A stretch of DNA of 63,687 bases, the filler included, from Lenisia limosa (Eukaryota > Protista > Breviatea), in NCBI GenBank assembly GCA_001655205.1. It is 15 parts of 15 records of this genome, joined end to end, with 100 filler letters (N's around TTAATTAATTAA, not from the genome) between each part and the next. Parts side by side here need not be neighbours in the genome. Positions count along the whole stretch, not along the records: positions 24,094 to 29,036 come from LPNZ01008456.1; positions 29,137 to 30,711 come from LPNZ01009242.1; positions 30,812 to 35,457 come from LPNZ01003441.1; 12 more parts are not named here. The stretch is one strand, 5' to 3'. A program made the translations under genes and the position numbers. The notes below the pieces were generated by a model, which worked only from the letters and a program-made list of their open reading frames with translations, made no database searches and was not told the DNA's origin. The first letter of the stretch is position 1. Each line of letters opens with the position of its first letter. Of this stretch, positions 24,094 through 35,330 are shown piece by piece.

Positions 24094-27000
24094 CGCGGCT
24101 TGTACAGGCGCCAATGTGCCCTTCAATTTCCAATGCAAAATGGCGGGAGAAGACCTAGGAACTAAAGCAGTTTACTTCGTGTATGTGGGGGGTAAGTCTG
24201 TTAATTGTGTGTAAATATGATACAGTGACCGGGATAAGTCTTGACCGATTTGCCACATGATCTTCCAGGAAAATCGGTTACATGCATGTGTTCTTGGTAG
24301 AAAAGGAAAACTGAGCTAAATGTATTTCTTCCACGCTACCGCCAATTCCCCCTTACATTAACAGGGATCTTGACGACACGCTTAATTTCGACTTCTCGAC
24401 TGCAGACGCTGGACCGGTTACTGAGTTCCTCAAGACGCCGACTTCCGATGTTCNNNNNNNNNNNNNNNNNNNNNNNNNNNNNNNNNNNNNNNNNNNNNNN
24501 NNNNNNNNNNNNNNNNNNNNNNNNNNNNNNNNNNNNNNNNNNNNNNNNNNNNNNNNNNNNNNNNNNNNNNNNNNNNNNNNNNNNNNNNNNNNNNNNNNNN
24601 NNNNNNNNNNNNNNNNNNNNNNNNNNNNNNNNNNNNNNNNNNNNNNNNNNNNNNNNNNNNNNNNNNNNNNNNNNNNNNNNNNNNNNNNNNNNNNNNNNNN
24701 NNNNNNNNNNNNNNNNNNNNNNNNNNNNNNNNCTGTCTCGCCCTACGCCCTAGTCGACTTCCGTGGAACGTGGTTTGAAATCGGCTTCAAAGACGACTAC
24801 GGAATTGCCGTCGACATCTTCACCGGCGTGGTGAACGTCACTTTCACGGTGCCTGTAGATAATGAGGTGGCTGAGGGGACTAGCATACAGTGATCGGGAT
24901 AAGTCTTGACTGATTTTCCTTGGGAAATCCCGGACAGTGCAAATAATGTGTGTGTGTGTGGGGGGGGGGGGGGNNNNNNNNNNNNNNNNNNNNNNNNNNN
25001 NNNNNNNNNNNNNNNNNNNNNNNNNNNNNNNNNNNNNNNNNNNNNNNNNNNNNNNNNNNNNNNNNNNNNNNNNNNNNNNNNNNNNNNNNNNNNNNNNNNN
25101 NNNNNNNNGAGTTTACCTTTCGTTCGTTTTACCCCTCCCCGCAGCTCCAAGGAAAGCTCTACCATTTCAACAAGGCTTCCAACTCCTTTGTAGAGGAATG
25201 TGGCGAAATCAAGGAGGTGAGAGGGGGAGCAACTCTAGGAAATATCAGGCATCCAATGGGTACTGCTCTGCGGTATCTATCTTGGGCTTCCCTACGATCC
25301 GAAAAATATTGATTAAATATCGATGCTTATCGAGATTTATCTAGAAATTTCTTTTTTTGAGACCGAAGGGAAGCCCTATTAACTTTCCCAATAGTAACTG
25401 GACGAATTTGGAACGCTTTAACCTCGTTTCCTCAGTCCCTTACTTGTTAGATTTTGGACAGTTTTAACTCCCCAAAAATGTTCTTTTTTAACCATGTATT
25501 GTCAGCCAACAGTTGATTTGGGCTTTTTTGTTTCTTAAATTTCCAATTTTCTCCCCACAATAGTTCTTTTTTAACCCCAATTTCCAGGGACACTTTACTC
25601 TCTCATGCACGGGTATCTACGCTCTCGCAGCCTCCTATGTGGTAAGAAGCTTCATTTCTCACCATCTATTTACTTTTTTCCTTTTTTTTTTGTTTCATAA
25701 CTGTTCCCATTTAACTCCCCTCTACCACTAACGCCCCACAGGACCCAAGCGCCCCCATTGACCCTTCCACCTCCTCAGTGGATCCCATCGATCCCGATCC
25801 ATCAAGCAACAGGTGCGTTTGGAATTCCAGTGATTGTATTAAAGGTTCACTTTCGGTTCCGGTTACGGTTTTTATGAAGAACCGGAACTGAATGCTATAT
25901 AAATTTTTTTCCGCGAAGAAAGCAAACAAACCTTTAATCAAGGTTGGGATGATAGTATTCTCATAAATGTGATGTTAAAAACTGTGACCACATGCATCTT
26001 CAGTACTTCTTATGTTGCTGGTATTAAGGAACATGGAGGAACATATGATAAGGATGCCCTACAGAACCTCTAGAGGACCCAGGCTATTTTCCGGTTCTCA
26101 GTTCTGAGTTTTTGTTATGTTTAGAAATAGACAGCATTTCGATATTTTGCGAGCCAACAGAGATTTTGTTTCATAAGTCCCCCACCCTCCCGAGTGATGG
26201 GATGCGGTGCTACAGAAGCGACTGGCTTGGGATTTGTTTGTGTTGTTATCAATCCTCGTGTGTTGCCAGCCAACAGAGTTGATNNNNNNNNNNNNNNNNN
26301 NNNNNNNNNNNNNNNNNNNNNNNNNNNNNNNNNNNNNNNNNNNNNNNNNNNNNNNNNNNNNNNNNNNNNNNNNNNNNNNNNNNNNNNNNNNNNNNNNNNN
26401 NNNNNNNNNNNNNNNNNNNNNNNNNNNNNNNNNNNNNNNNNNNNNNNNNNNNNNNNNNNNNNNNNNNNNATTGGGAAGGAGAGCCGACCACTCCAATTTA
26501 TCCCACCGGAGCTGTCGATATCGTTGACACGGATGATGATAATGGAGCTGTAAGGGGTGATGGTGGTGACACAGATGTTGATGGTGATGGTGGTGATGAT
26601 GGTGATGGTGGTGATGGTGATATGTGATGGATGGTGATGATGATGATGACGATGGTGGTTATGATGATGACGACGATGGTGGTTATGATGATGATGGTGA
26701 TGATGATGATATTGGTGATGGTGACGATGGTGATAGAGATGGTGGTAATGGAGCTGTAGGAGGGTTGAAGTTGACACGGATAATGGGGGGGCTTTCTTTT
26801 TTTTTGTCAACCCTCGTGTGTTGTCAGCCAACAGAGTTGATTTTGGGCTTTTTTTGTTTCATAAATNNNNNNNNNNNNNNNNNNNNNNNNNNNNNNNNNN
26901 NNNNNNNNNNNNNNNNNNNNNNNNNNNNNNNNNNNNNNNNNNNNNNNNNNNNNNNNNNNNNNNNNNNNNNNNNNNNNNNNNNNNNNNNNNNNNNNNNNNN

Positions 27001-27722
27001 NNNNNNNNNNNNNNNNNNNNNNNNNNNNNNNNNNNNNNNNNNNNNNNNNNNNNNNNNNNNNNNNNNNNNNNNNNCTGATTTGGGCTTCTGTTTTTTTCAT
27101 AAAATTTCCAATTTTACTCCCATCCCCAGGCCAAGCCAGATCCGCAGCTCACTGCCGTGGTGGTAGATCCCCCTGCAAGGTAGGCTCAAGGGCTATGTAG
27201 AGATGAGAGATATATTAAGGGAGTTGTAGATATGGGAAGTATAGCAAGCTATGTAGAGATGAAAAGTATAACAATGGAGTTGTTGAGATAGAAGTATAAC
27301 AAGGTTTTTTATGTCTGAAGCCGTTCACAAGATCACACTTATAAGAGATATTGAATTTTTGTTTCATAATATTAATTCACCCAATTATTTACCGAAATCA
27401 ATACTCTACGCACACGATTTTGCTTGCCCAGGGGACTTTTATGAGGGCTTTACTACGGTCTAAAAGTAAAACTGAAGTGAGACCAACTATAGTATATGTG
27501 TCATCACGGGCTTCCCTCGGTCCAAAAAAGACCGTCCAAATATCGATATTTATCGAGGATTTATTGAGGATTTATATGATTTTTTGGGACCGTAGGGAAG
27601 CCCTAATCATTTCCCTAAGTATGGTATTCATACATACCAAGTTCCTAACATTCAACTCCACAGTGAGGCCCCAGTCACTGAGTCAGAACTACTAACTCTC
27701 AATACTGCGGCTGAAACTCTCA
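24094..27722 (+). CDS. Hypothetical surface/secreted protein fragment with a Pro/Ser/Thr/Asp-rich stalk
   Basis: Exons AACTGANVPFNFQCKMAGEDLGTKAVYFV / DLDDTLNFDFSTADAGPVTEFLK / VSPYALVDFRGTWFEIGFKDDYGIAVDIFTGVVNVTFTVPVDNE / LQGKLYHFNKASNSFVEECGEIKE / GHFTLSCTGIYALAASYV / DPSAPIDPSTSSVDPIDPDPSSN. Confidence 0.5.
24221..24281. mobile_element. Tc1/mariner-type MITE (family B), partial
   Basis: TACAGTGACCGGGATAAGTCTTGACCGATTTG...GGAAAATCGGT. Confidence 0.7.
24886..24938. mobile_element. Tc1/mariner-type MITE (family B), internally deleted
   Basis: TACAGTGATCGGGATAAGTCTTGACTGATTTTCCTTGGGAAATCCCGG. Confidence 0.65.
25282..25378. mobile_element. hAT-type MITE family A (subtype A2)
   Basis: TTGGGCTTCCCTACGATCC...ATATCGAT...GAGACCGAAGGGAAGCCCTA. 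No TSD recognisable. Confidence 0.8.
26185..26283 (+). repeat. Family D repeat copy in an intron
   Basis: GATGGGATGCGGTGCTACAGAAGCGACTGGCTTGGG..ATCAATCCTCGTGTGTTGCCAGCCAACAGAGTTGAT. Confidence 0.85.
26560..26750. repeat. (GAT/GGT)n trinucleotide microsatellite, intronic
   Basis: Long imperfect GATGGTGATGAT run. It creates the spurious His-rich and Asp/Gly-rich ORFs. Confidence 0.9.
26808..27129 (+). repeat. Family D repeat (spans an N gap) ending at a 3' splice site
   Basis: CAACCCTCGTGTGTTGTCAGCCAACAGAGTTGATTTTGGGC...TTTCATAAAATTTCCAATTTTACTCCCATCCCCAG, then an exon. Confidence 0.85.
27506..27605. mobile_element. hAT-type MITE family A (subtype A2)
   Basis: GGGCTTCCCTCGGTCCAAAAAAGACC...TTTTTTGGGACCGTAGGGAAGCCCTA. 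Confidence 0.85.
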
Positions 27723-29136
27723 ATGGTTAGGGGGGGGGGNNNNNNNNNNNNNNNNNNNNNNNNNNNNNNNNNNNNNNNNNNNNNNNNNNNNNNNNNNNNN
27801 NNNNNNNNNNNNNNNNNNNNNNNNNNNNNNNNNNNNNNNNNNNNNNNNNNNNNNNNNNNNNNNNNNNNNNNNNNNNNNNNNNNNNNNNNNNNNNNNNNNN
27901 NNNNNNNNNNNNNNNNNNNNNNNNNNNNNNNNNNNNNNNNNNNNNNNNNNNNNNNNNNNNNNNNNNNNNNNNNNNNNNNNNNNNNNNNNNNNNNNNNNNN
28001 NNNNNNNNNNNNNNNNNNNNNNNNNNNNNNNNNNNNNNNNNNNNNNNNNNNNNNNNNNNNNNNNNNNNNNNNNNNNNNNNNNNNNNNNNNNNNNNNNNNN
28101 NNNNNNNNNNNNNNNNNNNNNNNNNNNNNNAAGTCCAAACGTCTAATCTGCTTTCTTTATTTTTTCTTGTTGTAGTTGTTTTGTTGTCTTTTTATCGTGT
28201 CAATACCACGGAACCTTCTAAAAAGGAGTACAGGTGCTTTTTTTTTTGTTTAGTTTTTTTTTTGTGTGAAAAAAGCAAAAAAAAAAACAATGNNNNNNNN
28301 NNNNNNNNNNNNNNNNNNNNNNNNNNNNNNNNNNNNNNNNNNNNNNNNNNNNNNNNNNNNNNNNNNNNNNNNNNNNNNNNNNNNNNNNNNATCAGAGATC
28401 AAACTGAGACCAACGATTTTAACATCAAATGGGAAATCGAAACTTGAGAGAAATAAATAGGTACTCAAGACACCAAACCATACTTCCCCGATCTGGGGTG
28501 TCTGTATACCCTGGATCGGGGACACCCTGGATACCGGGTAAGCACTGGCATGTAAACATCAGTGGTATTCTGTTTTATTGAAAATGATAATGAAATTCAA
28601 ATGTGTATGCAGCATGGGGGCTATAGTGACTTAGGTGCCGCTATAGGGCCATAGTAACACTGCAATCAGAGCTACAAGGTGCCCCCATTGTGCCATATTG
28701 ACACAGGTGCCATCAGAGACAGGTGTCAGGGTACTACTCTCAGTTCCGCGGGTCTTATCGTTGGGTTGGGTCTCCGCTGAATATTGCTACACGTCCTCGA
28801 AGGTAAATAAATTTCATGAAGTATTTTCATCTCGTAGGTCTACCAACACCTGTCTGAAATGTGACCAGACAATCCAATCCCATCAATAAACACACCACAT
28901 GAAGAAAACCCTAAAGACTTGCGTTTACAGCCGTCTTGGGGGTGGAGGGCCTCGAGGCATAGGACCTACAATATCATGGTGTGTACCTTGTGGGTCAGAG
29001 GTAGATCAGCAAGAAGGTTCCCACTTGGAGGGGGCTNNNNNNNNNNNNNNNNNNNNNNNNNNNNNNNNNNNNNNNNNNNNTTAATTAATTAANNNNNNNN
29101 NNNNNNNNNNNNNNNNNNNNNNNNNNNNNNNNNNNN

Positions 29137-30474
29137 CTTGCGCCAGATACGGTCCACAGTTTCGAAGCGTTTTCCCTCAGCAGGCAGCTGCTCATTGATA
29201 TCCTCGGAGCTGAAGATCGGCTCTAGGTACAGCCAGGCGCGTTGGCAGGTAACCCACTCGTCCACAACGTCGCCGACCACTAACAGCCGTTTCTCCCACT
29301 TGTCAATACGCTCCTGATGGGGGGGGGGGGGGNNNNNNNNNNNNNNNNNNNNNNNNNNNNNNNNNNNNNNNNNNNNNNNNNNNNNNNNNNNNNNNNNNNN
29401 NNNNNNNNNNNNNNNNNNNNNACAACACACGTGGGTTAATAAGAATTGTGGCATGGGTATCATCCCCAATAAGTAAAAACAGTCTTATCATACAATATAC
29501 ATACATAGTTAAGCAAAAACAGTCTTATCAGACCCTACCCCCAACCTCGAAGGGTTTCTTATACACTGAGAAAGCCATGGATTGGGTCATAACAACATGA
29601 TCGTCAAGAAGTTGCTGAATGTCGTCTGCGCCGCGCATGATGCAAGTGCCTATGGGTGTCAAATTGGAAAACTTTGAAACAAAAAAAATCCCAAAATCAA
29701 TTCTGTTAGCGAGGGTACAATTGGACAACTTATGAAACAAAAGGTGAAACAAAAGAAATTTCGGTGACGAATAATGGTGTATAGGATCTAATCACGAACC
29801 TAATAATCTGAAACTCCAAACAACAACAAATAAAAATAACATTGTCTACCCTCAAACCCGTTGTTTGATATTTGAAAACGTCCAAAAAATCCGAAATCCA
29901 CAAAAACAAAGAGATTACATCCCCTCACCAGTTTTCTTATACTCGACAATGTCAAAGTTAACGTCCTTCCACTCGCTTTCCATTTTGACGAGGGCCGCTT
30001 CGATGCTGTACTCTTTGCTGGCAATTTCACAGACCTGGGGGGGGGGGGNNNNNNNNNNNNNNNNNNNNNNNNNNNNNNNNNNNNNNNNNNNNNNNNNNNN
30101 NNNNNNNNNNNNNATCAACTCTGTCACAACAAAACAACAAGACTTACACTGGTCACTGTGGTTCTTACCCCCCCACCTTCTGAATAGGGTCCATGTGGTT
30201 CTGAAGACCCATGTCGAAGATGGCTTGCAGCGTCAGGTCCTCTGTAAGCTCCACCTTGAAGCCGACCTGAAGAGTGAGACTTTGTGTTGTTATTGTTTTA
30301 TTATTGTTTTATTATTGTTTATTATTGTTTTATTATTGTTTTTATTGTTTTGTTATTTGGACCTGAATTGTCACTGACATGGGGTGCTAGCGAACTTACA
30401 CCCCAAGATCATATACCCCTCTCCACACCTCATCAGAAAGAGCCTTCCAGTGCCTTTCACGCATGCCAGGGTTG
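29137..30474 (-). CDS. Axonemal inner-arm dynein heavy chain (DNAH1-like), linker/DHC_N2 fragment, five exons
   Basis: NPGMRERHWKALSDE / VGFKVELTEDLTLQAIFDMGLQNHMDPIQK / VCEIASKEYSIEAALVKMESEWKDVNFDIVEYKKT / GTCIMRGADDIQQLLDDHVVMTQSMAFSVYKKPFE / ERIDKWEKRLLVVGDVVDEWVTCQRAWLYLEPIFSSEDINEQLPAEGKRFETVDRIWRK. Confidence 0.92.
29650..29835 (-). repeat. Family D repeat providing the acceptor of a dynein intron
   Basis: Minus strand reads GGAGTTTCAGATTATTAGGTTCGTGATTAG...GCTAACAGAATTGATTTTGGG..TTTTCCAATTTGACACCCATAG|GCACTTGC. Confidence 0.82.
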
Positions 30475-30544
30475 CTAGAGAATTAGAGGCGGTAATGGTT
30501 GTGAAGTTTTGATGAAGAGTCCATGGAGTTAAAAGGACTTCGGG

Positions 30545-30711
30545 TTGTCATCATCCATCATCATCATTATCATCGTCATTATCATTGTCATCATCATAAT
30601 TATTATTAATATCATCATCATCATCATCATCATCATCATTATCATCATCATCATCATCATCATCATTATCATCATTATCATCATTATCATCATTATCATC
30701 ATTATCATCAT
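30545..30711. repeat. (ATC/ATT)n microsatellite at a scaffold end
   Basis: Pure CATCAT/CATTAT run. It creates the poly-Ile and poly-Met ORFs. Confidence 0.95.
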
Positions 30712-30816
30712 NNNNNNNNNNNNNNNNNNNNNNNNNNNNNNNNNNNNNNNNNNNNTTAATTAATTAANNNNNNNNNNNNNNNNNNNNNNNNNNNNNNNNN
30801 NNNNNNNNNNNCATAC

Positions 30817-31650
30817 CTTCGAGACTTTGGTTCATGCTGAGAGACGATGAGGCTGCCACGCCTTTCTCCTTCGAATCTTCCTTATTTTCAAGTTTCAGTA
30901 CCTGGGGTGGGAATGAAAAGAAAACCCTGGTATCGAATTTTGTAGCTCAACATTAAGACACACGCGTTTGAAAACACAAACCAAACAAAGGCCAGATTAT
31001 CAGATTCTTCACCTCATCAAATACTAAAAAAGGGGGGAAATACTCTGTATTGAAGTAAAAGGAATTGTTGGTGAGGAAACTTTTTAAAACCCAAAAGAGG
31101 AATGCATGCTTCAAAATATAGCCCACCATTACTATCTTCCCTGATTCTAATAACCCCATCAACACCACCACCAACTTTCAAGAGCCCTTCCGAGCCTCCA
31201 CACGCGATCCATCCCTCCTCCCTGTTCCACGAAATGCCTAGAAGGTAATGTTGACATTTCAGGAGGTAGAAAGGTGAATAGAATGAACAATGCAATGCTA
31301 CTCAAGCTCTCATGAAACAGATCCAATACAAAAATAACCCACGCTAGGTGGAAACAAGAAGAAGAATGCCAAAAATATGAAACCAAGAAAACAAAACTTA
31401 AAACTAGAGCTGTTTTAGGATGATAATTCCTTGTACTTGTCGTTTACCTTGGTTTACCAAATCTTTCTCTCAAAAATTAAAACAGAGCTTATTACCTTTT
31501 TTACAAGACAAAAATTTTCAACAAAAATAAAAATAAAGCAAGAAGGCAACAGAATACAAAGAGGATGGTATCAGAAACATAGAATCCTGGCCCACAGTGA
31601 AGGGGAACATTGTTGGGGATCGATATTTTCTTGTTGAGATAGATAAACAT
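30817..31650 (-). CDS. WDR35: WD repeat protein 35 / IFT121 (IFT-A), first three exons; truncated by the scaffold end
   Basis: [19 protein letters not shown] / ISWNREEGWIACGGSEGLLK / VLKLENKEDSKEKGVAASSSLSMNQSLE. Co-linear with the WDR35 N-terminus [44 protein letters not shown]...LSMNQTLE. Confidence 0.93.
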
Positions 31651-31927
31651 GATGCTGCGGTAGAGCGGTGGGGGATAGACGCAAGGCCCTCCTTATTTCA
31701 CCGCTACAAAGGCGAACTTGATCTCAGGAAACTGCAATTTTCCGCTCTTTCTTCTACTCCTATCTGTTCTCTACAAATACAGATAACTTATAACCTGCTT
31801 AAAACAAGCAAAATCTTTGCTTTTTGAAAACTTTGTTTTTTCTTTATATATGCGCGTGAATCAATGCGTTAGCGCGCAACTATTTAAAAAAATATTTAAT
31901 CTTTTTTTTCCCCTATTTTAAATCAAA
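31651..31927. promoter_or_regulatory. Bidirectional promoter region between WDR35 and ACBP
   Basis: The two ATGs are 277 bp apart. Contains a CpG-rich patch (GCGCGTGAATCAATGCGTTAGCGCGCAA) and TATTTAAA. Confidence 0.6.
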
Positions 31928-32680
31928 ATGGATAGATTCAACGAGTGTGCCGACCTTATGACCAAGCTCGCCAAGGAGCCTACCAACGACGAGAAGCTCC
32001 TCGCCTATGCTCTTTTCAAGCGTTAGAGGAATTTTATGGTGCTTGATTTGAAATTTAATAAGGATGTTAAGGCCATCCCGTTGGGTTTGGGTCTTCCTTT
32101 TTTTCACACAGTTTCGCCTGTGCCTCTCTGCGCCTTCTCACCCTTTCAGAGGTAACTGTTGGAGACTGCAACACCTCCAAGCCCGGCATGCTCGACTTCA
32201 AGGGTTTGCCTGGCGGAAGTGACCTGATCTCATTCACAACCCTCACAACCTTTTGTCATATCACGAATTCCCTGAATTTGTTTTGTTTATATGATAAGAA
32301 ACACTTCTATAAACTCGATCTTTTGATTCTTAGTGCTACACAAGAGAGGTTCTTTCTTTATCGCGTGTTTGTTCTTTTGTTTGTATCATTCTCATGTATG
32401 TTTCAGATAAATTCCCATTTGACCACCACCACTCTACCCCCTTTTTGCTCCAGTTGACTGCAATGGGGACTTGTTTCCTCAGTGTTCATTGTTTTTCCAT
32501 CAATGACATTGTCTTTTCTATTTCGTTTTTTTGTTTTGGTTCAGCGTTTACCCCTCCCCCCCCCCTCCCCCAGGCAAGGCTAAGTGGGAGCAATGGAACA
32601 ACATCAAGGGCACCACCAAGGAGGACGCCATGGCCAAGTACATTGCCCACTATGAGGCCCTCGCTGCCAAGTACAACTAA
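31928..32680 (+). CDS. ACBP: Acyl-CoA-binding protein, three exons, complete
   Basis: [84 protein letters not shown] (YxLFKQxTVGD, [12 protein letters not shown] motifs). Confidence 0.96.
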
Positions 32681-33089
32681 GGACTTTCTCTCTTTTTTTT
32701 TTTCACTTTTTGAATATATTTTTTAGTTCCCCCAATCGATCCTCTTCTTTCTCTATGCCACCTGCATGTTCTTCATATTGTTTGTTGATAATTATTACTT
32801 GCTAAATTCAAAACAAAGCAGTCCTTCGGGGACAATAAAAAAGTTATGTCTCAAATTGCCCTTGTTCACAACTTTTCTTGCGCAGTCCCCGAGAAAAGAA
32901 GCTAGTACAAACTCAACACATCCACTCACTCTGAACCATGCGTTAATAATAGAACCCCTTTTTGGGACATTTATCAATGATACTTGTATTCACTTACTCA
33001 GATGATACTATGTGTTTATTGTTTCGCTTCTACATGATTTTTTCTAATTACCCCAAAAGAATCCTTATCATTCTCTTAAATAATCTGCA

Positions 33090-34112
33090 TCACCCGACAT
33101 AAATAAGGCCGACAAGGGTCACAAGCCCGGCAGCGAGGACCACGTCAATTGCACTGCGCATGGATTTTGAGCGTCCTTCACCGAAAAGATGAACGTGGAA
33201 TGAACCTTGGGGGGGGGGGGGGGNNNNNNNNNNNNNNNNNNNNNNNNNNNNNNNNNNNNNNNNNNNNNNNNNNNNNNNNNNNNNNNNNNNNNNNNNNNNN
33301 NNNNNNNNNNNNNNNNNNNNNNNNNNNNNNNNNNNNNNNNNNNNNNNNNNNNNNNNNNNNNNNNNNNNNNNNNNNNNNNNNNNNNNNNNNNNNNNNNNNN
33401 NNNNNNNNNNNNNNNNNNNNNNNNNNNNNNNNNNNNNNNNGAGAAGGGTGAAGAATCGGAGAGGAGGAGGAGGAGGAACAAAAGAAGAAGAAAGACAATG
33501 GGCTTATCAAACATGACCATACCCATAAGAGCTTAAAGAAAGAGAACTGGTCATTTGCCGAAATAAGAAGCTACTTGTCTCTATGGGGAATATGTGATGC
33601 AGACTTGGATTATGAGAATACAAATGAAACAGAATTATAACATAACCCACACTACTACAAACAGTGGTTAAGAATCAAAAATCCCCATCGACAACAACAT
33701 ACCTGCACCATACAAGACAATAAATCCGGGTTTCCCAAATTATTAATAATATTAACCGCAACGTCAAATATTTGTGACTTGTTGATCAACATTGGTTTCT
33801 TCCAGAAATATCATCAGCTCCTTTCACTCCCATCTCTCCTAGTCCCTATCACCCCCAAAATTACACAGTAGCCTAACATTATCTCTCCTTGAGTCGAAAA
33901 GCCATTCCACCTACTCAAAAGGGCAAAACAGGCAAAACAAGAAACGGTGGCAGCAAGGAATGAGTTGAAAGGGAAGCTTCCGATCTAAGAGGTTATGATT
34001 GAAAAACTTCGAAAATTCTTCATACCACTCCAGCATAAACGACGAGAACTGCTGTTGTTGCAATGATAAAGGCAATTAGGGAAGTGATGGGGTCTAAGAT
34101 GAGGTCAAACAT
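33090..34112 (-). CDS. DAD1: Oligosaccharyltransferase subunit DAD1/OST2, divergent, about 90 aa, three exons
   Basis: MFDLILDPITSLIAFIIATTAVLVVYAGV / IGSFPFNSFLAATVSCFACFALL / SSFHVHLFGEGRSKSMRSAIDVVLAAGLVTLVGLIYVG* (TGA 33090-33092). Carries the GxFPFNSFL signature, and the C-terminal D-x16-G* spacing matches DAD1. Confidence 0.85.
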
Positions 34113-34423
34113 TTTCCCTCAAAAAAAGTGTTGATATTCCTTGTTGATTTTGTGTAGTGATGTTACAGCAATACTCTTTACGTGAATTTATTCGCTTATT
34201 TATGGATTTCATGGTTGAATTTACTTATATATTCGATAAAATATTTCGGTATTTTTCGAACTTTACCAACTTTGAAAAAAATAATCACAAAAACCAATTC
34301 CCTGCAATTGAACTGTAAAAAGACGTGTAGTGTGAGAAATTTATTAGATTAAATCGATTCTTTTTGATTTCACTTTTTTCAAATGCCTTCCTCCTCTACA
34401 ACTAAGAGGAGATTTGACACACC

Positions 34424-35330
34424 ATGCACAGGAAGTAAGCGTTACTTTGATAAATATCGCTACTAAGCCCCTCTGTATATTTTTTCATTTCATCTTAGAG
34501 TCTCTGTCCGTATTTACCGCCTTGTTTTGTTGATTTTACCGCATTTAAACGCCAGGAAGCGTCCAAATATCTTTTTTTATGTTTGGTCTACTCTCTAAAT
34601 CTTCCCTCTCTTCAGCAGCTTGCCCATTTTGACCTTTTTTAGTTCACAGCTCAAGGCGGCGTGACATCCCCTGGGAGGTGAGCGCACTATGGCTTTGATC
34701 TTTCGAATCACCTCTTCCTTTGTCACCTTTTTGCATCTGTTTTCAACCTTTCTATCAGATGTTCGATTGTCCATTGTGTTTTGTTTTATCGTGGGAACAC
34801 GTTAGTATGGTCAAGAGGGTTTGTTCTTCTTAGGTTTCTCACCTAGACTGTTCCACATATCATAGCAATTTCTTGAATAACAAGAAGAAAGGCAGCCATA
34901 AGCTGCAAAGTAAATCTAATCAACTTCTCTGTAACAGATTGTTTATGTTGAGGATGGTTCCACTCGGTCATCCTGGATACTATCTTCCTTCAGTTCACAG
35001 GCTTTCCCTTCCCCAAAATACGATACGCATATTCTTGCTGATTACGTTTCCATATTTCTGTGCTTCTCACTCCGAATTCTGCCCTTCTCTGGGGTTAATA
35101 TATAATCAGTTGTTCGGCTTTTCAGCCCTTATACCTATCAGAAAGTGTTTCCACTGTTTTATCAATACTTATTATCTTCAAGCTGTGCTGTTTTTTGTTT
35201 TTCCCAAACCCCCAGATGTTTGAAATATTAAGCCTGACTGTTTTTGGTCCGGAGAGTATTTTTCAACACTCATACTCTCCAAAAGAGTTTTTCTCCGTTT
35301 TGAGGGGGATTAGGACCATATTCGGCAACT
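34424..35330 (+). CDS. Hypothetical multi-exon gene, divergent from DAD1
   Basis: ATG 34424 followed by GT..AG micro-exons (e.g. SRRRDIPWE; IVYVEDGSTRSSWILSSFSSQAFPSPKYDTHILADY). Phase not fully resolved. Confidence 0.3.

Noticed and set aside
26121-27166. His-rich and Asp/Gly-rich ORFs
   Set aside because: They are translations of an intronic (GAT/GGT)n microsatellite plus N runs.
30529-30763. Poly-Met and poly-Ile ORFs
   Set aside because: They come from the (ATC)n microsatellite at a scaffold end.
29137-31650. Apparent ciliary gene cluster (dynein heavy chain next to IFT121)
   Set aside because: The genes are separated by the linker at 30756 and lie on different scaffolds, so the adjacency is an artefact.
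33090-33092. Genome-wide TGA=Trp (or TAA/TAG=Gln) reassignment
   Set aside because: DAD1 ends in TGA exactly where homologues end; TatD, ACBP and the GET2-like gene end in TAA. No in-frame stops were needed in any conserved gene.
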